DNA of 56,914 bases from the NCBI GenBank assembly GCA_035536135.1, contig DATLOR010000012.1:1-56914 (forward strand), given 5' to 3'. Positions within the stretch are counted from its first letter, which is position 1. Each line of letters opens with the position of its first letter. Position numbers and translations under genes: made by a program. This stretch comes from Pyrinomonadaceae bacterium. GTDB lineage: Bacteria > Acidobacteriota > Blastocatellia > Pyrinomonadales > Pyrinomonadaceae. The notes under the pieces are model-generated. The model was not told where the DNA came from. It saw nothing but the letters and a program-made list of their open reading frames with translations, and did no database searches. Shown here in pieces: positions 10,201-18,520 of the stretch.

Positions 10201-13200
10201 GCTGGGCGCGCCGGTTTGACGAAAACATCACCGATTTTCTGACGCTCGAAGATTCGATTTCCGAACAGATCGTCGATGAGCTTCTGCCGCAGCTGACGGG
10301 CGCCGACCGCGAACAGCTCAAAAAACGCGGAACCAATAACCCGCAAGCCTACGAAGCCTATTTGCGCGGTCGTTATTTCTGGAACAAATTTACGAACGAA
10401 TCTTTTCCGAAAGCTTTTGAAGCATTTAGCGAAGCCGTCCGGCTTGACCCGGATTTTGCGCAGGCGCACGTCGGGATTGCCGATTTTTACATCTGGCTTT
10501 GTATTTTCGGCGTTCTGCCTTCGCTCGAAGCTTTTCCGAAAGCCAAGCAGGCGGCGCAGCGCGCGCTCGAACTGGATGAAAATCTCGGGGAAGCCTACAC
10601 GACGCTCGCCTTTGCGACCACGATTCACGATTGGGACTGGGAAAAGGCGGAATATCTTTTCAAACGCGCGCTCGAATTAAGCCCGAATTATTCTTTCGCG
10701 CACGAATGGTATTCAAACCTGCTTGCGGCGACGGGACGTTTTGACGAAGCCATTTTTGAATCGAACCGCTCGATCGAACTCAATCCGATGTCGGCACGCG
10801 GGCTCGTGATGAACGGCTGGCTTCTTTATCAAACGCGTCATTTCCGGCGGGCGACCGCCGAAGCGGAAAAAGCCGTCGAGATGGAAAAGGATTTTCCGCA
10901 AGGCTTGCTTCATATTGGCAACGCGCTCGACAAAGCCGGACGCAGCGAAGAAGCGATCATCGCTTTGCGCGAAAGCATCCGGCTCTGGCAGGATTCGGCT
11001 CTGCCGCGCTGTATGCTCTGTCATGCACTCGTTAATGCCGGACGCGAACGCGAAGCGCGCGAGGTTTTGGGTGAAATTTTTGCCGAGAACGAAAAACATC
11101 CCGTCAAGCCGTATTTTATCGCCGTCGCTTACGCCGCTTTTGAAACGGAGCGCGATGCCGCTTTCGAATGGCTCGAAAAAGCCTTTAATGAGCGCAACGA
11201 ATGGCTTATCTGGCTCGGGACCGAACCGAAATTCGATTCCCTGCGCGACGACCCGCGCTATTTCGCGCTGCTCGAACGGATGAACAATCCGATCGCGCGC
11301 CGGCAAAAAGCCGAATCGACGATCTTAAATGCCGAAAACGGCACGACGATCGCCGTTTTGCCGCTGAAAACCCTGCAGACCGGAAAAACCGGAAACACCG
11401 AAGAAGAATTTTTGGGGATCGGTCTCGCGGATGCGCTCGTGACACGCCTGTCAAGCGTCAAACGGCTGATCGTCCGCCCGACAAATTCGGTGATCCGTTC
11501 CGGCAAAAATACTTCCGACCCGTTTGTCATCGCCCGCGAAATTAATGCTGCGTTTATTGTTGACGGTCACGTCAAACGCGTCGGCGACCGGATCCGCGTT
11601 TCCGTTCAGCTTCTGAACTCGGCGGAACAAACCGCCGTTTGGGCAAAAAGTTTCGACGAGAAATACACGGACGTTCTAACGCTCGAAGATTCCGTGAGCG
11701 AACAAATCGCCGCCGCGCTTTTGCCGCAGCTCACGGAAGACGAAAAAGAAAAACTCGGGCAGCGACCGACCGACAACGCAAAAGCCTTCGAGGCATATAT
11801 TCGCGGTCGTTATCACTGGAACAGTTTTACCGAAGAAGGTCTGCAAAAATCGCTCGCCTGCTACCGCGAAGCACTCGAATACGATCCGAATTTCGCGCTC
11901 GCCTATGCCGGAATCGCCGATTATTACAATTTTTTGTGTATTTTCGGCTCGAAATCGCCGATCCTGAGCTTTCCGGCGGCAAAAGAAGCGGCGCAAAAAG
12001 CCATCGAACTGAATCCGAATCTGGCGGAAGCACAAGTTGCGCTCGGCGTCACGGTTTTCGGCTACGATTGGGATTTTGCCGAGGGCGAGAGGCTTTTCAA
12101 AAAAGCGCTCGAACTGAATCCGAATTATGCCGTCGCGCATTTCTGGCACGCGCTTCTTTTAAGCTTAAAGGGCGACCACGACAACGCGATCCGCGAAATG
12201 CGGCGTGCCGAACAGCTCAGCCCGGGCATTCCTTCACTCCTGATAATCTTTGCTTTTATTTATCGAAACGCCCGCAAATTCGAAAAATCACTGGAAAAAA
12301 TCCGGCAGGCATTGGCGATTCAGCCGAATTATTATGTCGCCGTGCAGGGTTTCGGCTGGGTTGTCAAATGGACGAAAAATTACGACGAAGCGGAAGAGAT
12401 CACCCGCAAAAGCGTCGAGCAAACAGGAAGTTTAAGTCTTCCGCTGTATGCTTACGGGTATGTTCTGGCGGTTCGCGGAAAACAGACGGAAGCCCGCGCA
12501 ATCGTCCGGGAAATCAGAGAGCGGCGCGAGAAACAATATCTTCCGGCAGTTTATTTATCACTGATCTATACCGAACTCGGCGAGACGGACGCGGCTTTTG
12601 AATGGCTCGAAAAAAGTTTTGAAGAACGCGAATTCTGGGCAATCTGGCTGCCGCTCGATCCGCGTTTCGACGAGCTGAAAAAAGATCCTCGATACAACGA
12701 TTTGATCAACAAACTCAAACCGCAGGACGAATCCGAAGACATTCACCAATCGCACATCGCGACGCGGATTTTTCCGGTCGTCGAAGCCGAAAAGCCGCGT
12801 CAGATTGAAACTAAAAATGAAACCGCAGAAACAGAAACTGCGCCGTCGAAAAACCCGCGCAAAAGATTGTGGATCTATGCGGCGGCGGCAGCCGTTCTGC
12901 TCGGCGTTCCGGCAATTTTAGCCCTCAGCGGAATTCTCAAATTCAGCTTTACCTACGCGCCGAATTCCAACACGGCGGCTTCGAAAATAATTCCCGCTTC
13001 GAATCAGCCGAGCCGTAAAATGATCGCGGTTTTGCCGTTTGAAACCGATGCCGATTTCGAGAACGAAGAATCCTACAGCGCCGGTCTATCGGAATCGGTC
13101 TTTCAAAAATTGCGTCAGGTCAAGGAAATTTCCGTCGGCTTGGTCTATCTGAAGCTGCCGGATAATCCGGGTCTCGAAGAACTCGCTAAAACTTATGCGG

Positions 13201-14402
13201 TCAATTACGTTTTGCGCGGGAAACTACACGTCGAAGGCGACCGCATCAAAGTTGATGCCGAGCTCGTTAATACGGGGGACGGAAAAGTGCTCTGGCTCGA
13301 AAAATTCGATGAAAATGTTGACAATTTTCAGAATTTGCAGACGGGAATTTCCGAGCGCGTGCTGAAGGCCCTGACGATCGAGCTTTCGGCAAACGAGCGC
13401 CAGCAGATCTCAAAAAATTTCACGGAAAACTCGGAAGCCTACCAGCTTTATCTGGTCGGACGCTATCAGCTTTCAAACCGCAGTGCGGCAAATCTCAATA
13501 AAGCCATCAAAACATTTGAAAAGGCGCGCAATCTCGACCCGAAATTCGCGCTCGCCTACGCGGGAATGGCGGATGCTTATGCTTTGCTCAATCTTTACCA
13601 GATTCCGCCGCCGCCGGATGCTTACGACAAAGCCAAAGAAAACGCGCTGAAAGCCATCGAACTCGACCCCAATTTACCCGAAGCGCACGCCTCTCTGGGT
13701 TACGTGCTGTTTTATCACGAGCACAAACGCGACGAAGCCGTTCAGCAGCTCGGTCACGCGATCGAGTTGAATCCGGCTTATTCGACGGCGTATCACTGGC
13801 TTGCGCTGATGCTTTCGGCAATGGGCAGACACGATGAAGCGATTCGCAACATCAAAAAAGCGATCGAGCTCGAACCGAAATCGGCGATCATCCAGACCGC
13901 CGCCGGATTGGTTTATTTCTACGCCCGCAAATACGACGACGCGCTCGCGACCGCCGACAAAGTTTTGGAAAACAACGAAGGTTTTGTTCCCGCCTATAAA
14001 ACCAAGCGCGTCGTTTTTGAAGCGTTGGGAAATTACAGCGCGGCTCTCACGGCATATCAAAACGAACGGATCTACAGCGAAAATACGGACGAAAACGACG
14101 AAGGCTGGCTGATGATCGCGGCGCAGGTGCAAGCCGCCGGCGGCAATCGCGATGAAGCTTTAACGAGCCTGAAACGCGCCACTGAAAATGCTTTCGTGAA
14201 AAATAATCCGCAAGCATTCGCCTACGAGATCGCGCTTGCCTTCGCGCTTTTAGGCGAAACCGACCAGACGGTTGACTGGCTCAAAAAAGCGAAAGAAGTC
14301 AATTCCTACGGCTTCAATTTCGCGCAAACCGACCCGCGATTCGACAAAGTCCGCACCGATTCGAGATTTACCGAGCTTGTTGGGAAAAACTCTGCCGAGT
14401 AA
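7203..14402 (+). CDS. giant Ser/Thr protein kinase with four TolB-N-like + TPR sensor modules and a single late TM helix
   Basis: ORF track, 2399 aa. Hanks kinase motifs: GRGGMGAVYLAE, VALKVIK, HRDIKPTNILV, DFGIAK, TPEYASPEQ. Four modules each start with (I/T)xVAVLPF/L...GLADALITRLS and run into TPRs. One hydrophobic helix, LWIYAAAAAVLLGVPAILALSGIL, lies at nt 12868..12937. Confidence 0.95.
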   Translation: MSPERWQKIEDVFQSVVDLAPEERVLYLNENYADDADLIAEIERLISDYEDAGDFIESPVWTDSFMLGATARDQIGDALNEEIKKDNGSMIGKRLGVYVLTKEIGRGGMGAVYLAERADGEFRQRVALKVIKRGMDTDFIVRRFRNERQILASLDHQNIARLLDGGTTDDGLPFFVMEYIEGSPVYSYSDAKKLSINERLRLFIRICNAVDYAHENLIIHRDIKPTNILVTGDGMPKLLDFGIAKILDPELAADSIDPTATAMRMMTPEYASPEQVRGEAVTKVSDIYSLGVLLYELLSGHRPYRLKNRALHEIARVICDEEPENLGSSLTREDNLVPTSANNEKITLEAIFASRNASRESLQRELSGDLERVVFKALRKDPHERYQSAKEMAEDVARYLEGHSVLAPASYPSKAAFTQSLHKTNPDEISVAVLPLKLFGAAANEETGDDYLCIGLADALITRLSNVRRFVVRPTSSVLKYGNADTEPITAGEELGVNYLVDGNIRRVGTRLRVTIQLLNIQEGAARWAEKFDEEFTDVLTLEDLISEKIAEALMPQLTGDERNQLKKRGTNSAEAFEHYLRGRHYWNSFTEDGFAKAIIAYYQAIAHDPGYALAYAGIADYHNWLGVYGVLPSKECFQSAVENARTAIELDPELGEAYASLAFAQHGGAFEWEESERNFQTALRLNPNVAETHVWYSIKLTTEGRFTEGIKHAARAIELDPQTPFNQHNLGWVMYYARQFDKSLRQYLKTAETFPSYPLAHYGLAWVLRYLGRFDEAVNAANRAQQLMSESIFSLHVQGQTFAAAGMREQAEVILEKLDKLSERQFVSSYHTALIYAYLDEKEKAIELLETCRQTSDAWLVWLGVEPAFDSLRADPRFKAVMEQTKNPILKRDADFTEKSNPTIAVLPFKVMNQSSETSTDDKFLGVGLADALITRLSNVRKFTVRPTSSVLRYDTENNPFSAGAELGVDFLIDGNIRRIGETLRVTVQLLSIEQGATRWARRFDENITDFLTLEDSISEQIVDELLPQLTGADREQLKKRGTNNPQAYEAYLRGRYFWNKFTNESFPKAFEAFSEAVRLDPDFAQAHVGIADFYIWLCIFGVLPSLEAFPKAKQAAQRALELDENLGEAYTTLAFATTIHDWDWEKAEYLFKRALELSPNYSFAHEWYSNLLAATGRFDEAIFESNRSIELNPMSARGLVMNGWLLYQTRHFRRATAEAEKAVEMEKDFPQGLLHIGNALDKAGRSEEAIIALRESIRLWQDSALPRCMLCHALVNAGREREAREVLGEIFAENEKHPVKPYFIAVAYAAFETERDAAFEWLEKAFNERNEWLIWLGTEPKFDSLRDDPRYFALLERMNNPIARRQKAESTILNAENGTTIAVLPLKTLQTGKTGNTEEEFLGIGLADALVTRLSSVKRLIVRPTNSVIRSGKNTSDPFVIAREINAAFIVDGHVKRVGDRIRVSVQLLNSAEQTAVWAKSFDEKYTDVLTLEDSVSEQIAAALLPQLTEDEKEKLGQRPTDNAKAFEAYIRGRYHWNSFTEEGLQKSLACYREALEYDPNFALAYAGIADYYNFLCIFGSKSPILSFPAAKEAAQKAIELNPNLAEAQVALGVTVFGYDWDFAEGERLFKKALELNPNYAVAHFWHALLLSLKGDHDNAIREMRRAEQLSPGIPSLLIIFAFIYRNARKFEKSLEKIRQALAIQPNYYVAVQGFGWVVKWTKNYDEAEEITRKSVEQTGSLSLPLYAYGYVLAVRGKQTEARAIVREIRERREKQYLPAVYLSLIYTELGETDAAFEWLEKSFEEREFWAIWLPLDPRFDELKKDPRYNDLINKLKPQDESEDIHQSHIATRIFPVVEAEKPRQIETKNETAETETAPSKNPRKRLWIYAAAAAVLLGVPAILALSGILKFSFTYAPNSNTAASKIIPASNQPSRKMIAVLPFETDADFENEESYSAGLSESVFQKLRQVKEISVGLVYLKLPDNPGLEELAKTYAVNYVLRGKLHVEGDRIKVDAELVNTGDGKVLWLEKFDENVDNFQNLQTGISERVLKALTIELSANERQQISKNFTENSEAYQLYLVGRYQLSNRSAANLNKAIKTFEKARNLDPKFALAYAGMADAYALLNLYQIPPPPDAYDKAKENALKAIELDPNLPEAHASLGYVLFYHEHKRDEAVQQLGHAIELNPAYSTAYHWLALMLSAMGRHDEAIRNIKKAIELEPKSAIIQTAAGLVYFYARKYDDALATADKVLENNEGFVPAYKTKRVVFEALGNYSAALTAYQNERIYSENTDENDEGWLMIAAQVQAAGGNRDEALTSLKRATENAFVKNNPQAFAYEIALAFALLGETDQTVDWLKKAKEVNSYGFNFAQTDPRFDKVRTDSRFTELVGKNSAE
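8487..12720 (+). repeat. three tandem coding repeats of about 1.43 kb (sensor modules 1-3) inside the kinase gene
   Basis: Modules start at nt 8487, 9912 and 11346, giving periods of 1425 and 1434 nt. Each ends in a W..WL...P.FD.LR.DPR(F/Y) motif. A diverged fourth copy lies at 13020..14399, after the TM helix. Confidence 0.85.
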
Positions 14403-14591
14403 AAAAACGGCTCGTTTCTGCCAAAAAACGAGTAAATCCTGATCCAAAATCCGTTTTAAGTAGATTTCGTCTGAAAACACCTACCTGAACGGGTAGTGAC
14501 TAATCATTCTCGCCCAAATTATTATATTCTCCGATGGTTTTTATTCTATCGAAACTAAATTTAATAAAGCATTTATTTTGGAGAAATTTTT

Positions 14592-15122
14592 ATGGGTTAC
14601 GATTACACAAAAAAATTAAAGGTCGAAGGACAACAGCATTCAAACGCTTGCTGGGCGGCGACGATCAGCTGGTGGACGGCTGCCATGTCGCTGCATTACA
14701 AACGAACGACATACACGCAAACCGATCTGCTGGCGGATTTCAGTTCAATTTCTCTTCTTGGCACCGCCGGCGCCGGCGGCGTCCCGGAAGATAGTCTTAA
14801 AAAGATTGCCGGTTCGGCGAAGGTCCGTATGGATATCCAATCTGTCTCGCCGACCGCATTGAAAACCGACTATAATTTCAGCACGCCCTGCGTCATTGTT
14901 TTCAAGTATCCGGCGGCTGGCGGAACGCATATGAACGTGATCTTCGACCAGCAAGACCAAACCGTGATGTGTATGGAACCGTTTTACCCGCTCGTTGCCC
15001 TCGCCGACGGTTCGCGAAAAGGCACTTATATTCGCCGCCCGCTCAGTTTCTTTGGTAACAGCGACAAAGTCCTGATCGGCTGTCTGCCGCTCAAAGACAG
15101 CGCTAACGGAACCGCCGAATAA
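14592..15122 (+). CDS. small papain-fold cysteine peptidase (C39/C70-like)
   Basis: ORF track, 176 aa. Gln-x5-Cys-Trp active-site pattern in QQHSNACWAATISWWTAAM, with a later His in GGTHMNVIF. No signal peptide. RBS-like GGAG 9 nt upstream. Confidence 0.6.
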   Translation: MGYDYTKKLKVEGQQHSNACWAATISWWTAAMSLHYKRTTYTQTDLLADFSSISLLGTAGAGGVPEDSLKKIAGSAKVRMDIQSVSPTALKTDYNFSTPCVIVFKYPAAGGTHMNVIFDQQDQTVMCMEPFYPLVALADGSRKGTYIRRPLSFFGNSDKVLIGCLPLKDSANGTAE

Positions 15123-15147
15123 AGGCGAAGAGATTTTTCGAAAAAAG

Positions 15148-15186
15148 AAAACGGAGCAATTCATTAACCGAATTGCTCCGTTTTTC
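15148..15186. terminator. bidirectional terminator between convergent genes
   Basis: AAAACGGAGCAATTC (15148..15162) pairs with GAATTGCTCCGTTTT (15170..15184). A/T runs flank both sides. Confidence 0.8.
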
Positions 15187-15206
15187 AGTTTTTGCTGTAA
15201 GAAAAA

Positions 15207-16442
15207 TTAAGTTTCCGTGCGTTGTTTCCAGCTTTGCGGACTGCTGCCGTCGTCCAATCTGACCATCGAGATCGCACCAGGCGAAGGACAAACCAGCGCG
15301 CACAAGTTGCAGCCGACGCATTCGGGTTCGTCAACGACGGGAAATTTATTTTCGTCAAAATCAAAACATTGATGCGCGCCGTCTTCGCAGGCAACGTAGC
15401 AAAGATTGCACTTGATACAATGCTCGGGATTGACCCGCGCGACGACCTTGTAATTTAAGTCGAGATTTCCCCAATCGGTGACGCGTCCGACGGATTTGCC
15501 GACGATTTCCGTGACGGACGAAAAACCCTTCTCGTCGAGATAATTGTTCAAACCGTCGATCATATCCTCGACGATGCGGTAACCGTAATGCATCACGGCG
15601 GTGCAAACCTGCACATTTCCTGCACCGAGAAGCAGAAATTCAACCGCGTCGCGCCACGTATTGATGCCGCCGATGCCCGAAATCGGAATGTTAAATTCCG
15701 CGTCGCGCGCGAGCTCTGAAACCATATTGAGCGCGATCGGTTTGACGGCAGTGCCGCAGTATCCGCCGTGCGCCGCCATCCCGTTGACGTTCGGGTACGG
15801 GATCATCGAATCGATATCAACGCCCATCACGGAATTGATCGTGTTGATCAAGGACACCGCGTCCGCGCCGCCCTTCTGCGCCGCGCGTCCGGGCGGAACG
15901 ATATGCGTCACGTTCGGCGTGAGCTTGACGATCACGGGCAGCGCGGAAACTTCCTTGACCCATTCCGTGACCATACAGGTATATTCGGGAACCTGTCCCA
16001 TCGCCGCGCCCATTCCGCGTTCGCTCATTCCGTGCGGACAGCCGAAATTGAGTTCAAACCCGTCGCAGCCCGTGTCCTGCGTCCGCTTGACGATCTCGTG
16101 CCAAGCCTCTCGACGCGATTCGACCATCAACGAAGCGATCACCGCGTGATTCGGGTATTTCTTTTTGCACTCATACATTTCCTTGAGATTAACTTCCAAA
16201 GAACGGTCGGTAATCAGTTCGATATTGTTTAAACCGATCATCCGAAGCGCACCGTTATCCAGGGATGCAAGCCGCGACGAAACATTGACGATCGGCTCGC
16301 CAAGCGTTTTCCAAACCGCGCCGCCCCAACCCGCCTCAAACGCCCGTTCGATCATCGAACCCATATTCGTCGGCGGCGCCGATGCCAGCCAAAACGGATT
16401 CGGCGATTTTATTCCCGCGAAATTTATACTTAAATCTGCCAT
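15207..16442 (-). CDS. preA: NAD-dependent dihydropyrimidine dehydrogenase subunit PreA (DHOD-like plus 2x[4Fe-4S])
   Basis: ORF track lists 15207..16463. The start MADLSINFAGIKSPNPFWLASAPP at 16442 is the family-typical N-terminus. C-terminal ferredoxin motifs: CIKCNLCYVACED and CVGCNLCALVCP. Confidence 0.9.
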   Translation of the reverse strand: MADLSINFAGIKSPNPFWLASAPPTNMGSMIERAFEAGWGGAVWKTLGEPIVNVSSRLASLDNGALRMIGLNNIELITDRSLEVNLKEMYECKKKYPNHAVIASLMVESRREAWHEIVKRTQDTGCDGFELNFGCPHGMSERGMGAAMGQVPEYTCMVTEWVKEVSALPVIVKLTPNVTHIVPPGRAAQKGGADAVSLINTINSVMGVDIDSMIPYPNVNGMAAHGGYCGTAVKPIALNMVSELARDAEFNIPISGIGGINTWRDAVEFLLLGAGNVQVCTAVMHYGYRIVEDMIDGLNNYLDEKGFSSVTEIVGKSVGRVTDWGNLDLNYKVVARVNPEHCIKCNLCYVACEDGAHQCFDFDENKFPVVDEPECVGCNLCALVCPSPGAISMVRLDDGSSPQSWKQRTET

Positions 16443-16555
16443 AGTTTTTCTTACCTTTGTCAAAATTTTTGTGGTTCATTATACATACAAATCGTCTTTC
16501 GCGGCATCAGAAAGTTTGCGGCATCAAATTTTTGTAAACTAAAAAACCAACAAAT

Positions 16556-17008
16556 ATGAAATATCTTCTTTTTCAGGTTTCCCTGATTGTCTGCCTGTTT
16601 GTATTTTCGACCAACGTCTTTGGTCAAAATTCTTCAAAAACCGCCGAATCGGTGATTAAAACGCTTCAGGATATTTGCAAAGCATACGAGAAAAAAGAGA
16701 CAGACGTTTTGCTCAAATATATGACCGAAGATTTTACCTTAACCGCTTCGGACGGCACGATCACGACGCGCGACGATGAAATCAAAGAGCTTAAAAGCGG
16801 CAAAGTTAGCTATCAAATCTTTGAAAACCGCGATATGAAGGTTCGTCTTCACGATAAAACTGCCGTTGTCACCGGACGAACAGTCGTTAAAGGCGACTAC
16901 GAAAAAGCAGCGATCGACGCTGAATTTCAATTTACCGACACGCTCATCTGGAAAAACGGTCATTGGTGGATTGTCGCAAGCCATGCATCGCGCATAAAAA
17001 AATCATAG
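16556..17008 (+). CDS. secreted SnoaL-like / DUF4440 (NTF2-fold) protein
   Basis: ORF track, 150 aa. Signal peptide present. C-terminal WKNGHWWIVASHAS is typical of DUF4440. This is the only plus-strand gene in the central run, and it is AT-richer. Confidence 0.75.
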   Translation: MKYLLFQVSLIVCLFVFSTNVFGQNSSKTAESVIKTLQDICKAYEKKETDVLLKYMTEDFTLTASDGTITTRDDEIKELKSGKVSYQIFENRDMKVRLHDKTAVVTGRTVVKGDYEKAAIDAEFQFTDTLIWKNGHWWIVASHASRIKKS

Positions 17009-17032
17009 CTCGATTTATGCGCGGCGGCTTCA

Positions 17033-18193
17033 TTATTTTCTCTGCAACTCATAAATTTTTGCGTTCAGAACTGATTCATCTCTAGACTCAAAATCTCTGT
17101 CGATATAGGCGATCTTTCCTTTTTGATCGATGATTACCGACACGCGGTTATTGTATCCGTTCGGGTTGTAGCTGAAATATTTCGACGAAACCGAATAGTC
17201 CGGGTCGTTCGTGTATTCGATATTGTTTGTTCCTAAAACCTCCCGCCATTTATTTAAGATCGATTTTGTCGAGCTTGAAATCGCAATTCGCTTTATTTCG
17301 GACTTTGATTTCGCGGATTTCGGGGGAATATCCAGCGAGCTTATCTGGCGAAAACAAGACATCGGATTTTCTTCGGCGTTAAAGGCTGGATCGCTGGAAC
17401 CATCCACTGCGACCAATGTCCAAAGTTCTGATTTTGAACTTTTCGGTGTTAACGAATCCTCCAATTGCACCGGTTTCTTTGATGTTAAGGAACTATAAAA
17501 ATAAGCCGGACTCGGCAAAGTTCCGCTGAAAGCCGCCGGGTAAAAGGAAATCAAAACGATTTTGCCGCGCAAGTCCGAAAGCACCTGTTTTTCGTTCAAG
17601 CGAAAATCAGGCGCTTTGTCGCCGACCTTCAAATTTTTTTGCGCGGACGGCGCAGGAACTTTTTCGTAGATTCCGTTCAGCTGTTTTAACTTGTTTTCGA
17701 GCGGCTTCAGATGCTCGCCCTGAGCGCGGTAATTGGCGTCCACATGCACGACGGTTTCTTTTGAATCGAGCAAAACGACCGTCGAATCAGCGTTTTTATT
17801 TGCAGGCTGTTTGACGTTGAAAGCCGAAAAAAGCTCGCCTTTTTCATCGTAGATAATGCTCATCGTGCCGAAAAGATTCTGTGCGCTTTTCAGTAAATCC
17901 ATCCGGTCTTTGACAACCAGAAAAATTCGCGTCGTCGGAGCTTTTTTCAATCCTTCAAAAGCCATTTGCCGATCGAAATAATAATAAAACGAACGCGTCA
18001 GCATACTTGCGTAAGGGCAATCGTAGGTCAGCGAAGGCATAAAAACGACGATCGTATTATTCGCCGGCTTTTTCTCGCTCGTTAATTTATCAATCGGAAA
18101 TTTCGCGCCGATCCGTAAATTTTCCGCGCGAATTTCGCTGATCGAACAACCCAGCAAAATCGTCAAAACAGTTAGATAAATTAATTTCCTCAT
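17033..18193 (-). CDS. secreted double thioredoxin-fold (AhpC/TSA-like, degenerate) protein
   Basis: ORF track lists 17033..18268. I moved the start to MRKLIYLTVLTILLGCS (ATG 18193). LKVGDKAPDFRL...IVLISFYPAAFSG resembles peroxiredoxins, but the usual T-x-x-C site is displaced by an insertion. Confidence 0.65.
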   Translation of the reverse strand: MRKLIYLTVLTILLGCSISEIRAENLRIGAKFPIDKLTSEKKPANNTIVVFMPSLTYDCPYASMLTRSFYYYFDRQMAFEGLKKAPTTRIFLVVKDRMDLLKSAQNLFGTMSIIYDEKGELFSAFNVKQPANKNADSTVVLLDSKETVVHVDANYRAQGEHLKPLENKLKQLNGIYEKVPAPSAQKNLKVGDKAPDFRLNEKQVLSDLRGKIVLISFYPAAFSGTLPSPAYFYSSLTSKKPVQLEDSLTPKSSKSELWTLVAVDGSSDPAFNAEENPMSCFRQISSLDIPPKSAKSKSEIKRIAISSSTKSILNKWREVLGTNNIEYTNDPDYSVSSKYFSYNPNGYNNRVSVIIDQKGKIAYIDRDFESRDESVLNAKIYELQRK

Positions 18194-18207
18194 CCCTGCG
18201 CTCCTTT

Positions 18208-18520
18208 TTAATTTCCCGGTAAGTTTATTCAATCCGAAAAACTTTAATTTCCCCGTTTGTTTATTCAATTTTTCGCTTACGAAATTGAGTTTTTAAATCG
18301 GTTTATTTAGTTTTCCGTTGAGAAAACTTAATTTCAACGAAGGTTTATTTAATTTCGCAATAACTTTATTCAATAATTTTTTCGTTTTACTTAATTTTGC
18401 AGTCGCATTATTGAATAAAAAATTTTATTTATTTAACTTCGCATAATGTTTACTGAATACTGCAAAAACTTTAATAAGTAAAACTTTTTCTTTACTTAAT
18501 TTCGCCGCGTGTTAATTAAC
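18208..18520. repeat. degenerate AT-rich tandem array, about 9 units of 26-47 bp (mostly about 36 bp)
   Basis: Units start at about 18208, 18244, 18291, 18328, 18365, 18391, 18425, 18470 and 18496. The core TTAATTTC-N5-7-GTTTATT(C/T)AAT recurs in most units, with variants. Confidence 0.7.

Noticed and set aside
7782-12601. Many 60-330-aa ORFs inside the kinase gene on both strands (e.g. 8595..9593 -, 9948..10628 -, 10713..11306 -, 11639..12601 +)
   Set aside because: They lie entirely within a 7.2-kb ORF that has unmistakable kinase and TPR motifs. Their translations are Arg-rich and low-complexity, typical of off-frame reading of GC-moderate coding DNA.
14411-14432. Weak hairpin CTCGTTT-N8-AAACGAG after the kinase stop as a terminator
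   Set aside because: It has only a 7-bp AT-rich stem and no following T-run, so I was not confident enough to annotate it.
18208-18520. Possible CRISPR array
   Set aside because: The repeats are degenerate, of variable length and contiguous. There are no unique spacers of constant size, and no cas genes lie in the window.
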